A stretch of 64,000 nucleotides of DNA from NCBI GenBank assembly GCA_964057225.1, contig OZ059900.1, positions 7,316,001 through 7,380,000 of the forward strand. Direction: 5' to 3'. How positions within the stretch are numbered: position 1 is the stretch's first letter; the number at the start of each line of letters is the position of its first letter. Both the position numbers and the translations under genes were made by a program. Below the pieces are notes generated by a model. That model was not told where the DNA came from, made no database searches, and saw only the letters and a program-made list of their open reading frames with translations. This DNA comes from Auanema rhodensis (taxonomy: Eukaryota > Animalia > Nematoda). Positions 13,001 to 27,050 of this stretch are shown in pieces.

Positions 13001-13920
13001 AAAGGACCGAAAATATCAAGAATTATTGGTTTTTTGGGGTTTGAAGGGCATTTTGGCTAAATCAGTCAAACTTTTGATCTTAAGCATATTTTTTTCTTCT
13101 AAAACGACTAAATGTATGAAATACTGTCATAGAATGTTCATATAGGTGTATTTTGTACGAATATCAAAACTGATTGAAATATGGGCCTTTTTATGCTCAA
13201 AACGCCATATATTCAACGATTTTGGGTACAAAACATGTGAAAACTGTATGTTTTGATCAGACCCTTTGAGATATGGATTTGAAATTCAGGATTCATAAAC
13301 TTTGACTATTTTTACATATATATGTCCAATTTTAACCACTTTGGTCAAAAAGGACCGAAAATATCAAGAATTATTGGTTTTTTGGGGTTTGAAGGACATT
13401 TTGGCTAAATCAGTCAAACTTTTGATCTTAAGCATATTTTTTTCTTCTAAAACGACTAAATGTATGAAATACTGTCAAAGAATGTTCATATAGGTGTATT
13501 TTGCACGAATATCAAAACTGATTGAAATATGGGCCTTTTTATGCTCAAAACGCCATATATTCAACGATTTTGGGTACAAAACATGTGAAAACTGTATGTT
13601 TTGATCAGACCCTTTGAGATATGGATTTGAAATTCAGGATTCATAAACTTTGACTATTTTTACATATATATGTTCAATTGTAACCACTTTGGTCAAAAAG
13701 GACCGAAAATATCAAGAATTATTGGTTTTTTGGGGTTTGAAGGGCATTTTGGCTAAATCAGTCAAACTTTTGATCTTAAGCATATTTTTTTCTTCTAAAA
13801 CGACTAAATGTATGAAATACTGTCATAGAATGTTGATATAGGTGTATTTTGCACGAATATCAAAACTGATTGAAATATGGGCCTTTTTATGTTCAAAACG
13901 CCATATATTCAACGATTTTG

Positions 13921-16356
13921 GGTACAAAACATGTGAAAACTGTATGTTTTGATCAGACCCTTTGAGATATGGATTTGAAATTCAGGATTCATAAACTTTG
14001 ACTATTTTTACATATATATGTTCAATTGTAACCACTTTGGTCAAAAAGGACCGAAAATATCAAGAATTATTGGTTTTTTGGGGTTTGAAGGGCATTTTGG
14101 CTAAATCAGTCAAACTTTTGATCTTAAGCATATTTTTTTCTTCTAAAACGACTAAATGTATGAAATACTGTCATAGAATGTTGATATAGGTGTATTTTGC
14201 ACGAATATCAAAACTGATTGAAATATGGGCCTTTTTATGCTCAAAACGCCATATATTCAACGATTTTGGGTACAAAACATGTGAAAACTGTATGTTTTGA
14301 TCAGACCCTTTGAGATATGGATTTGAAATTCAGGATTCATAAACTTTGACTATTTTTACATATATATGTCCAATTTTAACCACTTTGGTCAAAAAGGACC
14401 GAAAATATCAAGAATTATTGGTTTTTTGGGGTTTGAAGGACATTTTGGCTAAATCAGTCAAACTTTTGATCTTAAGCATATTTTTTTCTTCTAAAACGAC
14501 TAAATGTATGAAATACGGTCGAAGAATGTTCATATAGGTGTATTTTGCACGAATATCAAAACTGATTGAAATATGGGCCTTTTTATGCTCAAAACGCCAT
14601 ATATTCAACGATTTTGGGTACAAAACATGTGAAAACTGTATGTTTTGATCAGACCCTTTGAGATATGGATTTGAAATTCAGGATTCATAAACTTTGACTA
14701 TTTTTACATATATATGTTCAATTGTAACCACTTTGGTCAAAAAGGACCGAAAATATCAAGAATTATTGGTTTTTTGGGGTTTGAAGGGCATTTTGGCTAA
14801 ATCAGTCAAACTTTTGATCTTAAGCATATTTTTTTCTTCTAAAACGACTAAATGTATGAAATACTGTCATAGAATGTTGATATAGGTGTATTTTGCACGA
14901 ATATCAAAACTGATTGAAATATGGGCCTTTTTATGTTCAAAACGCCATATATTCAACGATTTTGGGTACAAAACATGTGAAAACTGTATGTTTTGATCAG
15001 ATCCTTTGAGATATGGATTTGAAATTCAGGATTCATAAACTTTGACTATTTTCACATATATATGTCCAATTTCAACCACTTTGGTCAAAAAGGACCGAAA
15101 ATATCAAGAATTATTGGTTTTTTGGGGTTTGAAGGGCATTTTGGCTGAATCAGTCAAACTTTTGATCTTAAGCATATTTTTTTTTTCTAAAACGACTAAA
15201 TGTATGAAATACTGTCATAGAATGTTCATATAGGTGTATTTTGCACGAATATCAAAACTGATTGAAATATGGGCCTTTTTATGCTCAAAACGCCATATAT
15301 TCAACGATTTTGGGTACAAAACATGTGAAAACTGTATGTTTTGATCAGACCCTTTGAGATATGGATTTGAAATTCAGGATTCATAAACTTTGACTATTTT
15401 TACATATATATGTTCAATTGTAACCACTTTGGTCAAAAAGGACCGAAAATATCAAGAATTATTGGTTTTTTGGGGTTTGAAGGGCATTTTGGCTAAATCA
15501 GTCAAACTTTTGATCTTAAGCATATTTTTTTCTTCTAAAACGACTAAATGTATGAAATACTGTCATAGAATGTTGATATAGGTGTATTTTGCACGAATAT
15601 CAAAACTGATTGAAATATGGGCCTTTTTATGCTCAAAACGCCATATATTCAACGATTTTGGGTACAAAACATGTGAAAACTGTATGTTTTGATCAGACCC
15701 TTTGAGATATGGATTTGAAATTCAGGATTCATAAACTTTGACTATTTTTACATATATATGTCCAATTTTAACCACTTTGGTCAAAAAGGACCGAAAATAT
15801 CAAGAATTATTGGTTTTTTGGGGTTTGAAGGACATTTTGGCTAAATCAGTCAAACTTTTGATCTTAAGCATATTTTTTTCTTCTAAAACGACTAAATGTA
15901 TGAAATACGGTCGAAGAATGTTCATATAGGTGTATTTTGCACGAATATCAAAACTGATTGAAATATGGGCCTTTTTATGCTCAAAACGCCATATATTCAA
16001 CGATTTTGGGTACAAAACATGTGAAAACTGTATGTTTTGATCAGACCCTTTGAGATATGGATTTGAAATTCAGGATTCATAAACTTTGACTATTTTTACA
16101 TATATATGTTCAATTGTAACCACTTTGGTCAAAAAGGACCGAAAATATCAAGAATTATTGGTTTTTTGGGGTTTGAAGGGCATTTTGGCTAAATCAGTCA
16201 AACTTTTGATCTTAAGCATATTTTTTTCTTCTAAAACGACTAAATGTATGAAATACTGTCATAGAATGTTGATATAGGTGTATTTTGCACGAATATCAAA
16301 ACTGATTGAAATATGGGCCTTTTTATGTTCAAAACGCCATATATTCAACGATTTTG
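13921..16356. repeat. 3-monomer block repeated at 4-monomer spacing (1392 bp)
   Basis: The variant TACGGTCGA occurs only at 14517 and 15909, with matching flanking monomers (ORFs 13998/14346/14694 vs 15390/15738/16086). Confidence 0.85.
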
Positions 16357-19300
16357 GGTACAAAACATGTGAAAACTGTATGTTTTGATCAGACCCTTTG
16401 AGATATGGATTTGAAATTCAGGATTCATAAACTTTGACTATTTTTACATATATATGTTCAATTTTAACCACTATGGTCAAAAAGGACCGAAAATATCAAG
16501 AATTATTGGTTTTTTGGGGTTTGAAGGGCATTTTGGCAAAATCAGTCAAACTTTTGATCTTAAGCATATTTTTTTCTTCTAAAACGACTAAATGTATGAA
16601 ATACTGTCATAGAATGTTCATATAGGTGTATTTTGCACGAATATCAAAACTGATTGAAATATGGGCCTTTTTATGCTCAAAACGCCATATATTCAACGAT
16701 TTTGGGTACAAAACATGTGAAAACTGTATGTTTTGATCAGACCCTTTGAGATATGGATTTGAAATTCAGGATTCATAAACTTTGACTATTTTCACATATA
16801 TATGTCCAATTTCAACCACTTTGGTCAAAAAGGACCGAAAATATCAAGAATTATTGGTTTTTTGGGGTTTGAAGGGCATTTTGGCTGAATCAGTCAAACT
16901 TTTGATCTTAAGCATATTTTTTTTTTCTAAAACGACTAAATGTATGAAATACTGTCATAGAATGTTCATATAGGTGTATTTTGCACGAATATCAAAACTG
17001 ATTGAAATATGGGCCTTTTTATGCTCAAAACGCCATATATTCAACGATTTTGGGTACAAAACATGTGAAAACTGTATGTTTTGATCAGACCCTTTGAGAT
17101 ATGGATTTGAAATTCAGGATTCATAAACTTTGACTATTTTTACATATATATGTTCAATTGTAACCACTTTGGTCAAAAAGGACCGAAAATATCAAGAATT
17201 ATTGGTTTTTTGGGGTTTGAAGGGCATTTTGGCTAAATCAGTCAAACTTTTGATCTTAAGCATATTTTTTTCTTCTAAAACGACTAAATGTATGAAATAC
17301 TGTCATAGAATGTTGATACAGGTGTATTTTGCACGAATATCAAAACTGATTGAAATATGGGCCTTTTTATGCTCAAAACGCCATATATTCAACGATTTTG
17401 GGTACAAAACATGTGAAAACTGTATGTTTTGATCAGACCCTTTGAGATATGGATTTGGAATTCAGGATTCATAAACTTTGACTATTTTCACATATATATG
17501 TTCAATTTTAACCACTTTGGTCAAAAAGGACCGAAAATATCAAGAATTATTGGTTTTTTGGGGTTTGAAGGGCATTTTGGCTAAATCAGTCAAACTTTTG
17601 ATCTTAAGCATATTTTTTTCTTCTAAAACGACTAAATGTATGAAATACTGTCATAGAATGTTCATATAGGTGTATTTTGCACGAATATCAAAACTGATTG
17701 AAATATGGGCCTTTTTATGCTCAAAACGCCATATATTCAACGATTTTGGGTACAAAACATGTGAAAACTGTATGTTTTGATCAGACCCTTTGAGATATGG
17801 ATTTGAAATTCAGGATTCATAAACTTTGACTATTTTTACATATATATGTTCAATTGTAACCACTTTGGTCAAAAAGGACCGAAAATATCAAGAATTATTG
17901 GTTTTTTGGGGTTTGAAGGGCATTTTGGCTAAATCAGTCAAACTTTTGATCTTAAGCATATTTTTTTCTTCTAAAACGACTAAATGTATGAAATACTGTC
18001 ATAGAATGTTGATATAGGTGTATTTTGCACGAATATCAAAACTGATTGAAATATGGGCCTTTTTATGTTCAAAACGCCATATATTCAACGATTTTGGGTA
18101 CAAAACATGTGAAAACTGTATGTTTTGATCAGACCCTTTGAGATATGGATTTGAAATTCAGGATTCATAAACTTTGACTATTTTTACATATATATGTTCA
18201 ATTTTAACCACTATGGTCAAAAAGGACCGAAAATATCAAGAATTATTGGTTTTTTGGGGTTTGAAGGGCATTTTGGCAAAATCAGTCAAACTTTTGATCT
18301 TAAGCATATTTTTTTCTTCTAAAACGACTAAATGTATGAAATACTGTCATAGAATGTTCATATAGGTGTATTTTGCACGAATATCAAAACTGATTGAAAT
18401 ATGGGCCTTTTTATGCTCAAAACGCCATATATTCAACGATTTTGGGTACAAAACATGTGAAAACTGTATGTTTTGATCAGACCCTTTGAGATATGGATTT
18501 GAAATTCAGGATTCATAAACTTTGACTATTTTCACATATATATGTCCAATTTCAACCACTTTGGTCAAAAAGGACCGAAAATATCAAGAATTATTGGTTT
18601 TTTGGGGTTTGAAGGGCATTTTGGCTGAATCAGTCAAACTTTTGATCTTAAGCATATTTTTTTTTTCTAAAACGACTAAATGTATGAAATACTGTCATAG
18701 AATGTTCATATAGGTGTATTTTGCACGAATATCAAAACTGATTGAAATATGGGCCTTTTTATGCTCAAAACGCCATATATTCAACGATTTTGGGTACAAA
18801 ACATGTGAAAACTGTATGTTTTGATCAGACCCTTTGAGATATGGATTTGAAATTCAGGATTCATAAACTTTGACTATTTTTACATATATATGTTCAATTG
18901 TAACCACTTTGGTCAAAAAGGACCGAAAATATCAAGAATTATTGGTTTTTTGGGGTTTGAAGGGCATTTTGGCTAAATCAGTCAAACTTTTGATCTTAAG
19001 CATATTTTTTTCTTCTAAAACGACTAAATGTATGAAATACTGTCATAGAATGTTGATACAGGTGTATTTTGCACGAATATCAAAACTGATTGAAATATGG
19101 GCCTTTTTATGCTCAAAACGCCATATATTCAACGATTTTGGGTACAAAACATGTGAAAACTGTATGTTTTGATCAGACCCTTTGAGATATGGATTTGGAA
19201 TTCAGGATTCATAAACTTTGACTATTTTCACATATATATGTTCAATTTTAACCACTTTGGTCAAAAAGGACCGAAAATATCAAGAATTATTGGTTTTTTG

Positions 19301-19488
19301 GGGTTTGAAGGGCATTTTGGCTAAATCAGTCAAACTTTTGATCTTAAGCATATTTTTTTCTTCTAAAACGACTAAATGTATGAAATACTGTCATAGAATG
19401 TTCATATAGGTGTATTTTGCACGAATATCAAAACTGATTGAAATATGGGCCTTTTTATGCTCAAAACGCCATATATTCAACGATTTTG
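16009..19488. repeat. Tandem duplication of a 5-monomer unit (1740 bp)
   Basis: The variant series is the same in 16009-17748 and 17749-19488 (CACTATGG, TTTCAAC+GGCTGAA, GATACAGG, GGAATTC+TTTTCAC). Confidence 0.93.
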
Positions 19489-22400
19489 GGTACAAAACAT
19501 GTGAAAACTGTATGTTTTGATCAGACCCTTTGAGATATGGATTTGAAATTCAGGATTCATAAACTTTGACTATTTTTACATATATATGTCCAATTTTAAC
19601 CACTTTGGTCAAAAAGGACCGAAAATATCAAGAATTATTGGTTTTTTGGGGTTTGAAGGACATTTTGGCTAAATCAGTCAAACTTTTGATCTTAAGCATA
19701 TTTTTTTCTTCTAAAACGACTAAATGTATGAAATACTGTCATAGAATGTTCATATAGGTGTATTTTGCACGAATATCAAAACTGATTGAAATATGGGCCT
19801 TTTTATGTTCAAAACGCCATATATTCAACGATTTTGGGTACAAAACATGTGAAAACTGTATGTTTTGATCAGACCCTTTGAGATATGGATTTGAAATTCA
19901 GGATTCATAAACTTTGACTATTTTTACATATATATGTCCAATTTTAACCACTTTGGTCAAAAAGGACCGAAAATATCAAGAATTATTGGTTTTTTGGGGA
20001 TTGAAGGGCATTTTGGCAAAATCAGTCAAACTTTTGATCTTAAGCATATTTTTTTCTTCTAAAACGACTAAATGTATGAAATACTGTCATAGAATGTTCA
20101 TATAGGTGTATTTTGCACGAATATCAAAACTGATTGAAATATGGGCCTTTTTATGCTCAAAACGCCATATATTCAACGATTTTGGGTACAAAACATGTGA
20201 AAACTGTATGTTTTGATCAGACCCTTTGAGATATGGATTTGAAATTCAGGATTCATAAACTTCGACTATTTCTACATATATATGTCCAATTTTAACCACT
20301 TTGGTCAAAAAGGACCGAAAATATCAAGAATTATTGGTTTTTTGGGGTTTGAAGGACATTTTGGCTAAATCAGTCAAACTTTTGATCTTAAGCATATTTT
20401 TTTCTTCTAAAACGACTAAATGTATGAAATACTGTCAAAGAATGTTCATATAGGTGTATTTTGCACGAATATCAAAACTGATTGAAATATGGGCCTTTTT
20501 ATGCTCAAAACGCCATATATTCAACGATTTTGGGTACAAAACATGTGAAAACTGTATGTTTTGATCAGACCCTTTGAGATATGGATTTGAAATTAGGGAT
20601 TCATAAACTTCGACTATTTCTACATATATATGTCCAATTTTAACCACTTTGGTCAAAAAGGACCGAAAATATCAAGAATTATTGGTTTTTTGGGGTTTGA
20701 AGGACATTTTGGCAAAATCAGTCAAACTTTTGATCTTAAGCATATTTTTTTCTTCTAAAACGACTAAATGTATGAAATACTGTCATAGAATGTTCATATA
20801 GGTGTATTTTGCACGAATATCAAAACTGATTGAAATATGGGCCTTTTTATGTTCAAAACGCCATATATTCAACGATTTTGGGTACAAAACATGTGAAAAC
20901 TGTATGTTTTGATCAGACCCTTTGAGATATGGATTTGAAATTCAGGATTCATAAACTTTGACTATTTTTACATATATATGTCCAATTTTAACCACTTTGG
21001 TCAAAAAGGACAGAAAATATCAAGAATTATTGGTTTTTTGGGGATTGAAGGGCATTTTGGCAAAATCAGTCAAACTTTTGATCTTAAGCATATTTTTTTC
21101 TTCTAAAACGACTAAATGTATGAAATACTGTCATAGAATGTTCATATAGGTGTATTTTGCACGAATATCAAAACTGATTGAAATATGGGCCTTTTTATGC
21201 TCAAAACGCCATATATTCAACGATTTTGGGTTCAAAACATGTGAAAACTGTATGTTTTGATCAGACCCTTTGAGATATGGATTTGAAATTCAGGATTCAT
21301 AAACTTTGACTATTTTTACATATATATGTCCAATTTTAACCACTTTGGTCAAAAAGGACCGAAAATATCAAGAATTATTGGTTTTTTGGGGTTTGAAGGG
21401 CATTTTGGCTAAATCAGTCAAACTTTTGATCTTAAGCATATTTTTTTCTTCTAAAACGACTAAATGTATGAAATACTGTCATAGAATGTTCATATAGGTG
21501 TATTTTGCACGAATATCAAAACTGATTGAAATATGGGCCTTTTTATGCTCAAAACGCCATATATTCAACGATTTTGGGTTCAAAACATGTGAAAACTGTA
21601 TGTTTTGATCAGACCCTTTGAGATATGGATTTGAAATTCAGGATTCATAAACTTTGACTATTTTTACATATATATGTCCAATTTTAACCACTTTGGTCAA
21701 AAAGGACCGAAAATATCAAGAATTATTGGTTTTTTGGGGATTGAAGGGCATTTTGGCAAAATCAGTCAAACTTTTGATCTTAAGCATATTTTTTTCTTCT
21801 AAAACGACTAAATGTATGAAATACTGTCATAGAATGTTCATATAGGTGTATTTTGCACGAATATCAAAACTGATTGAAATATGGGCCTTTTTATGCTCAA
21901 AACGCCATATATTCAACGATTTTGGGTACAAAACATGTGAAAACTGTATGTTTTGATCAGACCCTTTGAGATATGGATTTGAAATTCAGGATTCATAAAC
22001 TTCGACTATTTCTACATATATATGTCCAATTTTAACCACTTTGGTCAAAAAGGACCGAAAATATCAAGAATTATTGGTTTTTTGGGGTTTGAAGGACATT
22101 TTGGCTAAATCAGTCAAACTTTTGATCTTAAGCATATTTTTTTCTTCTAAAACGACTAAATGTATGAAATACTGTCATAGAATGTTGATACAGGTGTATT
22201 TTGCACGAATATCAAAACTGATTGAAATATGGGCCTTTTTATGCTCAAAACGCCATATATTCAACGATTTTGGGTACAAAACATGTGAAAACTGTATGTT
22301 TTGATCAGACCCTTTGAGATATGGATTTGGAATTCAGGATTCATAAACTTTGACTATTTTCACATATATATGTTCAATTTTAACCACTTTGGTCAAAAAG

Positions 22401-25400
22401 GACCGAAAATATCAAGAATTATTGGTTTTTTGGGGTTTGAAGGGCATTTTGGCTAAATCAGTCAAACTTTTGATCTTAAGCATATTTTTTTCTTCTAAAA
22501 CGACTAAATGTATGAAATACTGTCATAGAATGTTGATACAGGTGTATTTTGCACGAATATCAAAACTGATTGAAATATGGGCCTTTTTATGCTCAAAACG
22601 CCATATATTCAACGATTTTGGGTACAAAACATGTGAAAACTGTATGTTTTGATCAGACCCTTTGAGATATGGATTTGGAATTCAGGATTCATAAACTTTG
22701 ACTATTTTCACATATATATGTTCAATTTTAACCACTTTGGTCAAAAAGGACCGAAAATATCAAGAATTATTGGTTTTTTGGGGTTTGAAGGGCATTTTGG
22801 CTAAATCAGTCAAACTTTTGATCTTAAGCATATTTTTTTCTTCTAAAACGACTAAATGTATGAAATACTGTCAAAGAATGTTCATATAGGTGTATTTTGC
22901 ACGAATATCAAAACTGATTGAAATATGGGCCTTTTTATGCTCAAAACGCCATATATTCAACGATTTTGGGTACAAAACATGTGAAAACTGTATGTTTTGA
23001 TCAGACCCTTTGAGATATGGATTTGAAATTAGGGATTCATAAACTTCGACTATTTCTACATATATATGTCCAATTTTAACCACTTTGGTCAAAAAGGACC
23101 GAAAATATCAAGAATTATTGGTTTTTTGGGGTTTGAAGGACATTTTGGCAAAATCAGTCAAACTTTTGATCTTAAGCATATTTTTTTCTTCTAAAACGAC
23201 TAAATGTATGAAATACTGTCATAGAATGTTCATATAGGTGTATTTTGCACGAATATCAAAACTGATTGAAATATGGGCCTTTTTATGTTCAAAACGCCAT
23301 ATATTCAACGATTTTGGGTACAAAACATGTGAAAACTGTATGTTTTGATCAGACCCTTTGAGATATGGATTTGAAATTCAGGATTCATAAACTTTGACTA
23401 TTTTTACATATATATGTCCAATTTTAACCACTTTGGTCAAAAAGGACAGAAAATATCAAGAATTATTGGTTTTTTGGGGATTGAAGGGCATTTTGGCAAA
23501 ATCAGTCAAACTTTTGATCTTAAGCATATTTTTTTCTTCTAAAACGACTAAATGTATGAAATACTGTCATAGAATGTTCATATAGGTGTATTTTGCACGA
23601 ATATCAAAACTGATTGAAATATGGGCCTTTTTATGCTCAAAACGCCATATATTCAACGATTTTGGGTACAAAACATGTGAAAACTGTATGTTTTGATCAG
23701 ACCCTTTGAGATATGGATTTGAAATTCAGGATTCATAAACTTCGACTATTTCTACATATATATGTCCAATTTTAACCACTTTGGTCAAAAAGGACCGAAA
23801 ATATCAAGAATTATTGGTTTTTTGGGGTTTGAAGGACATTTTGGCTAAATCAGTCAAACTTTTGATCTTAAGCATATTTTTTTCTTCTAAAACGACTAAA
23901 TGTATGAAATACTGTCATAGAATGTTGATACAGGTGTATTTTGCACGAATATCAAAACTGATTGAAATATGGGCCTTTTTATGCTCAAAACGCCATATAT
24001 TCAACGATTTTGGGTACAAAACATGTGAAAACTGTATGTTTTGATCAGACCCTTTGAGATATGGATTTGGAATTCAGGATTCATAAACTTTGACTATTTT
24101 CACATATATATGTTCAATTTTAACCACTTTGGTCAAAAAGGACCGAAAATATCAAGAATTATTGGTTTTTTGGGGTTTGAAGGGCATTTTGGCTAAATCA
24201 GTCAAACTTTTGATCTTAAGCATATTTTTTTCTTCTAAAACGACTAAATGTATGAAATACTGTCATAGAATGTTCATATAGGTGTATTTTGCACGAATAT
24301 CAAAACTGATTGAAATATGGGCCTTTTTATGCTCAAAACGCCATATATTCAACGATTTTGGGTACAAAACATGTGAAAACTGTATGTTTTGATCAGACCC
24401 TTTGAGATATGGATTTGAAATTCAGGATTCATAAACTTTGACTATTTTTACATATATATGTCCAATTTTAACCACTTTGGTCAAAAAGGACCGAAAATAT
24501 CAAGAATTATTGGTTTTTTGGGGTTTGAAGGACATTTTGGCTAAATCAGTCAAACTTTTGATCTTAAGCATATTTTTTTCTTCTAAAACGACTAAATGTA
24601 TGAAATACTGTCATAGAATGTTCATATAGGTGTATTTTGCACGAATATCAAAACTGATTGAAATATGGGCCTTTTTATGTTCAAAACGCCATATATTCAA
24701 CGATTTTGGGTACAAAACATGTGAAAACTGTATGTTTTGATCAGACCCTTTGAGATATGGATTTGAAATTCAGGATTCATAAACTTTGACTATTTTTACA
24801 TATATATGTCCAATTTTAACCACTTTGGTCAAAAAGGACCGAAAATATCAAGAATTATTGGTTTTTTGGGGATTGAAGGGCATTTTGGCAAAATCAGTCA
24901 AACTTTTGATCTTAAGCATATTTTTTTCTTCTAAAACGACTAAATGTATGAAATACTGTCATAGAATGTTCATATAGGTGTATTTTGCACGAATATCAAA
25001 ACTGATTGAAATATGGGCCTTTTTATGCTCAAAACGCCATATATTCAACGATTTTGGGTACAAAACATGTGAAAACTGTATGTTTTGATCAGACCCTTTG
25101 AGATATGGATTTGAAATTCAGGATTCATAAACTTCGACTATTTCTACATATATATGTCCAATTTTAACCACTTTGGTCAAAAAGGACCGAAAATATCAAG
25201 AATTATTGGTTTTTTGGGGTTTGAAGGACATTTTGGCTAAATCAGTCAAACTTTTGATCTTAAGCATATTTTTTTCTTCTAAAACGACTAAATGTATGAA
25301 ATACTGTCAAAGAATGTTCATATAGGTGTATTTTGCACGAATATCAAAACTGATTGAAATATGGGCCTTTTTATGCTCAAAACGCCATATATTCAACGAT

Positions 25401-27050
25401 TTTGGGTACAAAACATGTGAAAACTGTATGTTTTGATCAGACCCTTTGAGATATGGATTTGAAATTAGGGATTCATAAACTTCGACTATTTCTACATATA
25501 TATGTCCAATTTTAACCACTTTGGTCAAAAAGGACCGAAAATATCAAGAATTATTGGTTTTTTGGGGTTTGAAGGACATTTTGGCAAAATCAGTCAAACT
25601 TTTGATCTTAAGCATATTTTTTTCTTCTAAAACGACTAAATGTATGAAATACTGTCATAGAATGTTCATATAGGTGTATTTTGCACGAATATCAAAACTG
25701 ATTGAAATATGGGCCTTTTTATGTTCAAAACGCCATATATTCAACGATTTTGGGTACAAAACATGTGAAAACTGTATGTTTTGATCAGACCCTTTGAGAT
25801 ATGGATTTGAAATTCAGGATTCATAAACTTTGACTATTTTTACATATATATGTCCAATTTTAACCACTTTGGTCAAAAAGGACAGAAAATATCAAGAATT
25901 ATTGGTTTTTTGGGGATTGAAGGGCATTTTGGCAAAATCAGTCAAACTTTTGATCTTAAGCATATTTTTTTCTTCTAAAACGACTAAATGTATGAAATAC
26001 TGTCATAGAATGTTCATATAGGTGTATTTTGCACGAATATCAAAACTGATTGAAATATGGGCCTTTTTATGCTCAAAACGCCATATATTCAACGATTTTG
26101 GGTTCAAAACATGTGAAAACTGTATGTTTTGATCAGACCCTTTGAGATATGGATTTGAAATTCAGGATTCATAAACTTTGACTATTTTTACATATATATG
26201 TCCAATTTTAACCACTTTGGTCAAAAAGGACCGAAAATATCAAGAATTATTGGTTTTTTGGGGTTTGAAGGGCATTTTGGCTAAATCAGTCAAACTTTTG
26301 ATCTTAAGCATATTTTTTTCTTCTAAAACGACTAAATGTATGAAATACTGTCATAGAATGTTCATATAGGTGTATTTTGCACGAATATCAAAACTGATTG
26401 AAATATGGGCCTTTTTATGCTCAAAACGCCATATATTCAACGATTTTGGGTTCAAAACATGTGAAAACTGTATGTTTTGATCAGACCCTTTGAGATATGG
26501 ATTTGAAATTCAGGATTCATAAACTTTGACTATTTTTACATATATATGTCCAATTTTAACCACTTTGGTCAAAAAGGACCGAAAATATCAAGAATTATTG
26601 GTTTTTTGGGGATTGAAGGGCATTTTGGCAAAATCAGTCAAACTTTTGATCTTAAGCATATTTTTTTCTTCTAAAACGACTAAATGTATGAAATACTGTC
26701 ATAGAATGTTCATATAGGTGTATTTTGCACGAATATCAAAACTGATTGAAATATGGGCCTTTTTATGCTCAAAACGCCATATATTCAACGATTTTGGGTA
26801 CAAAACATGTGAAAACTGTATGTTTTGATCAGACCCTTTGAGATATGGATTTGAAATTCAGGATTCATAAACTTCGACTATTTCTACATATATATGTCCA
26901 ATTTTAACCACTTTGGTCAAAAAGGACCGAAAATATCAAGAATTATTGGTTTTTTGGGGTTTGAAGGACATTTTGGCTAAATCAGTCAAACTTTTGATCT
27001 TAAGCATATTTTTTTCTTCTAAAACGACTAAATGTATGAAATACTGTCAT
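19050..27050. repeat. ~9-monomer block repeated at 14-monomer spacing (4872 bp), with a partial copy at 7-monomer spacing
   Basis: AATTAGGG occurs at 20593, 23029 and 25465 (2436 apart). The GACAGA, GGGATTGA and GGTTCAAA series match between ~19050-22180 and ~23920-27050. Confidence 0.88.

Noticed and set aside
20593-25470. TTAGGG at 20593, 23029 and 25465 as interstitial telomere seeds
   Set aside because: These are single hexamers from one CA>AG change copied by duplication, with no tandem telomeric run.
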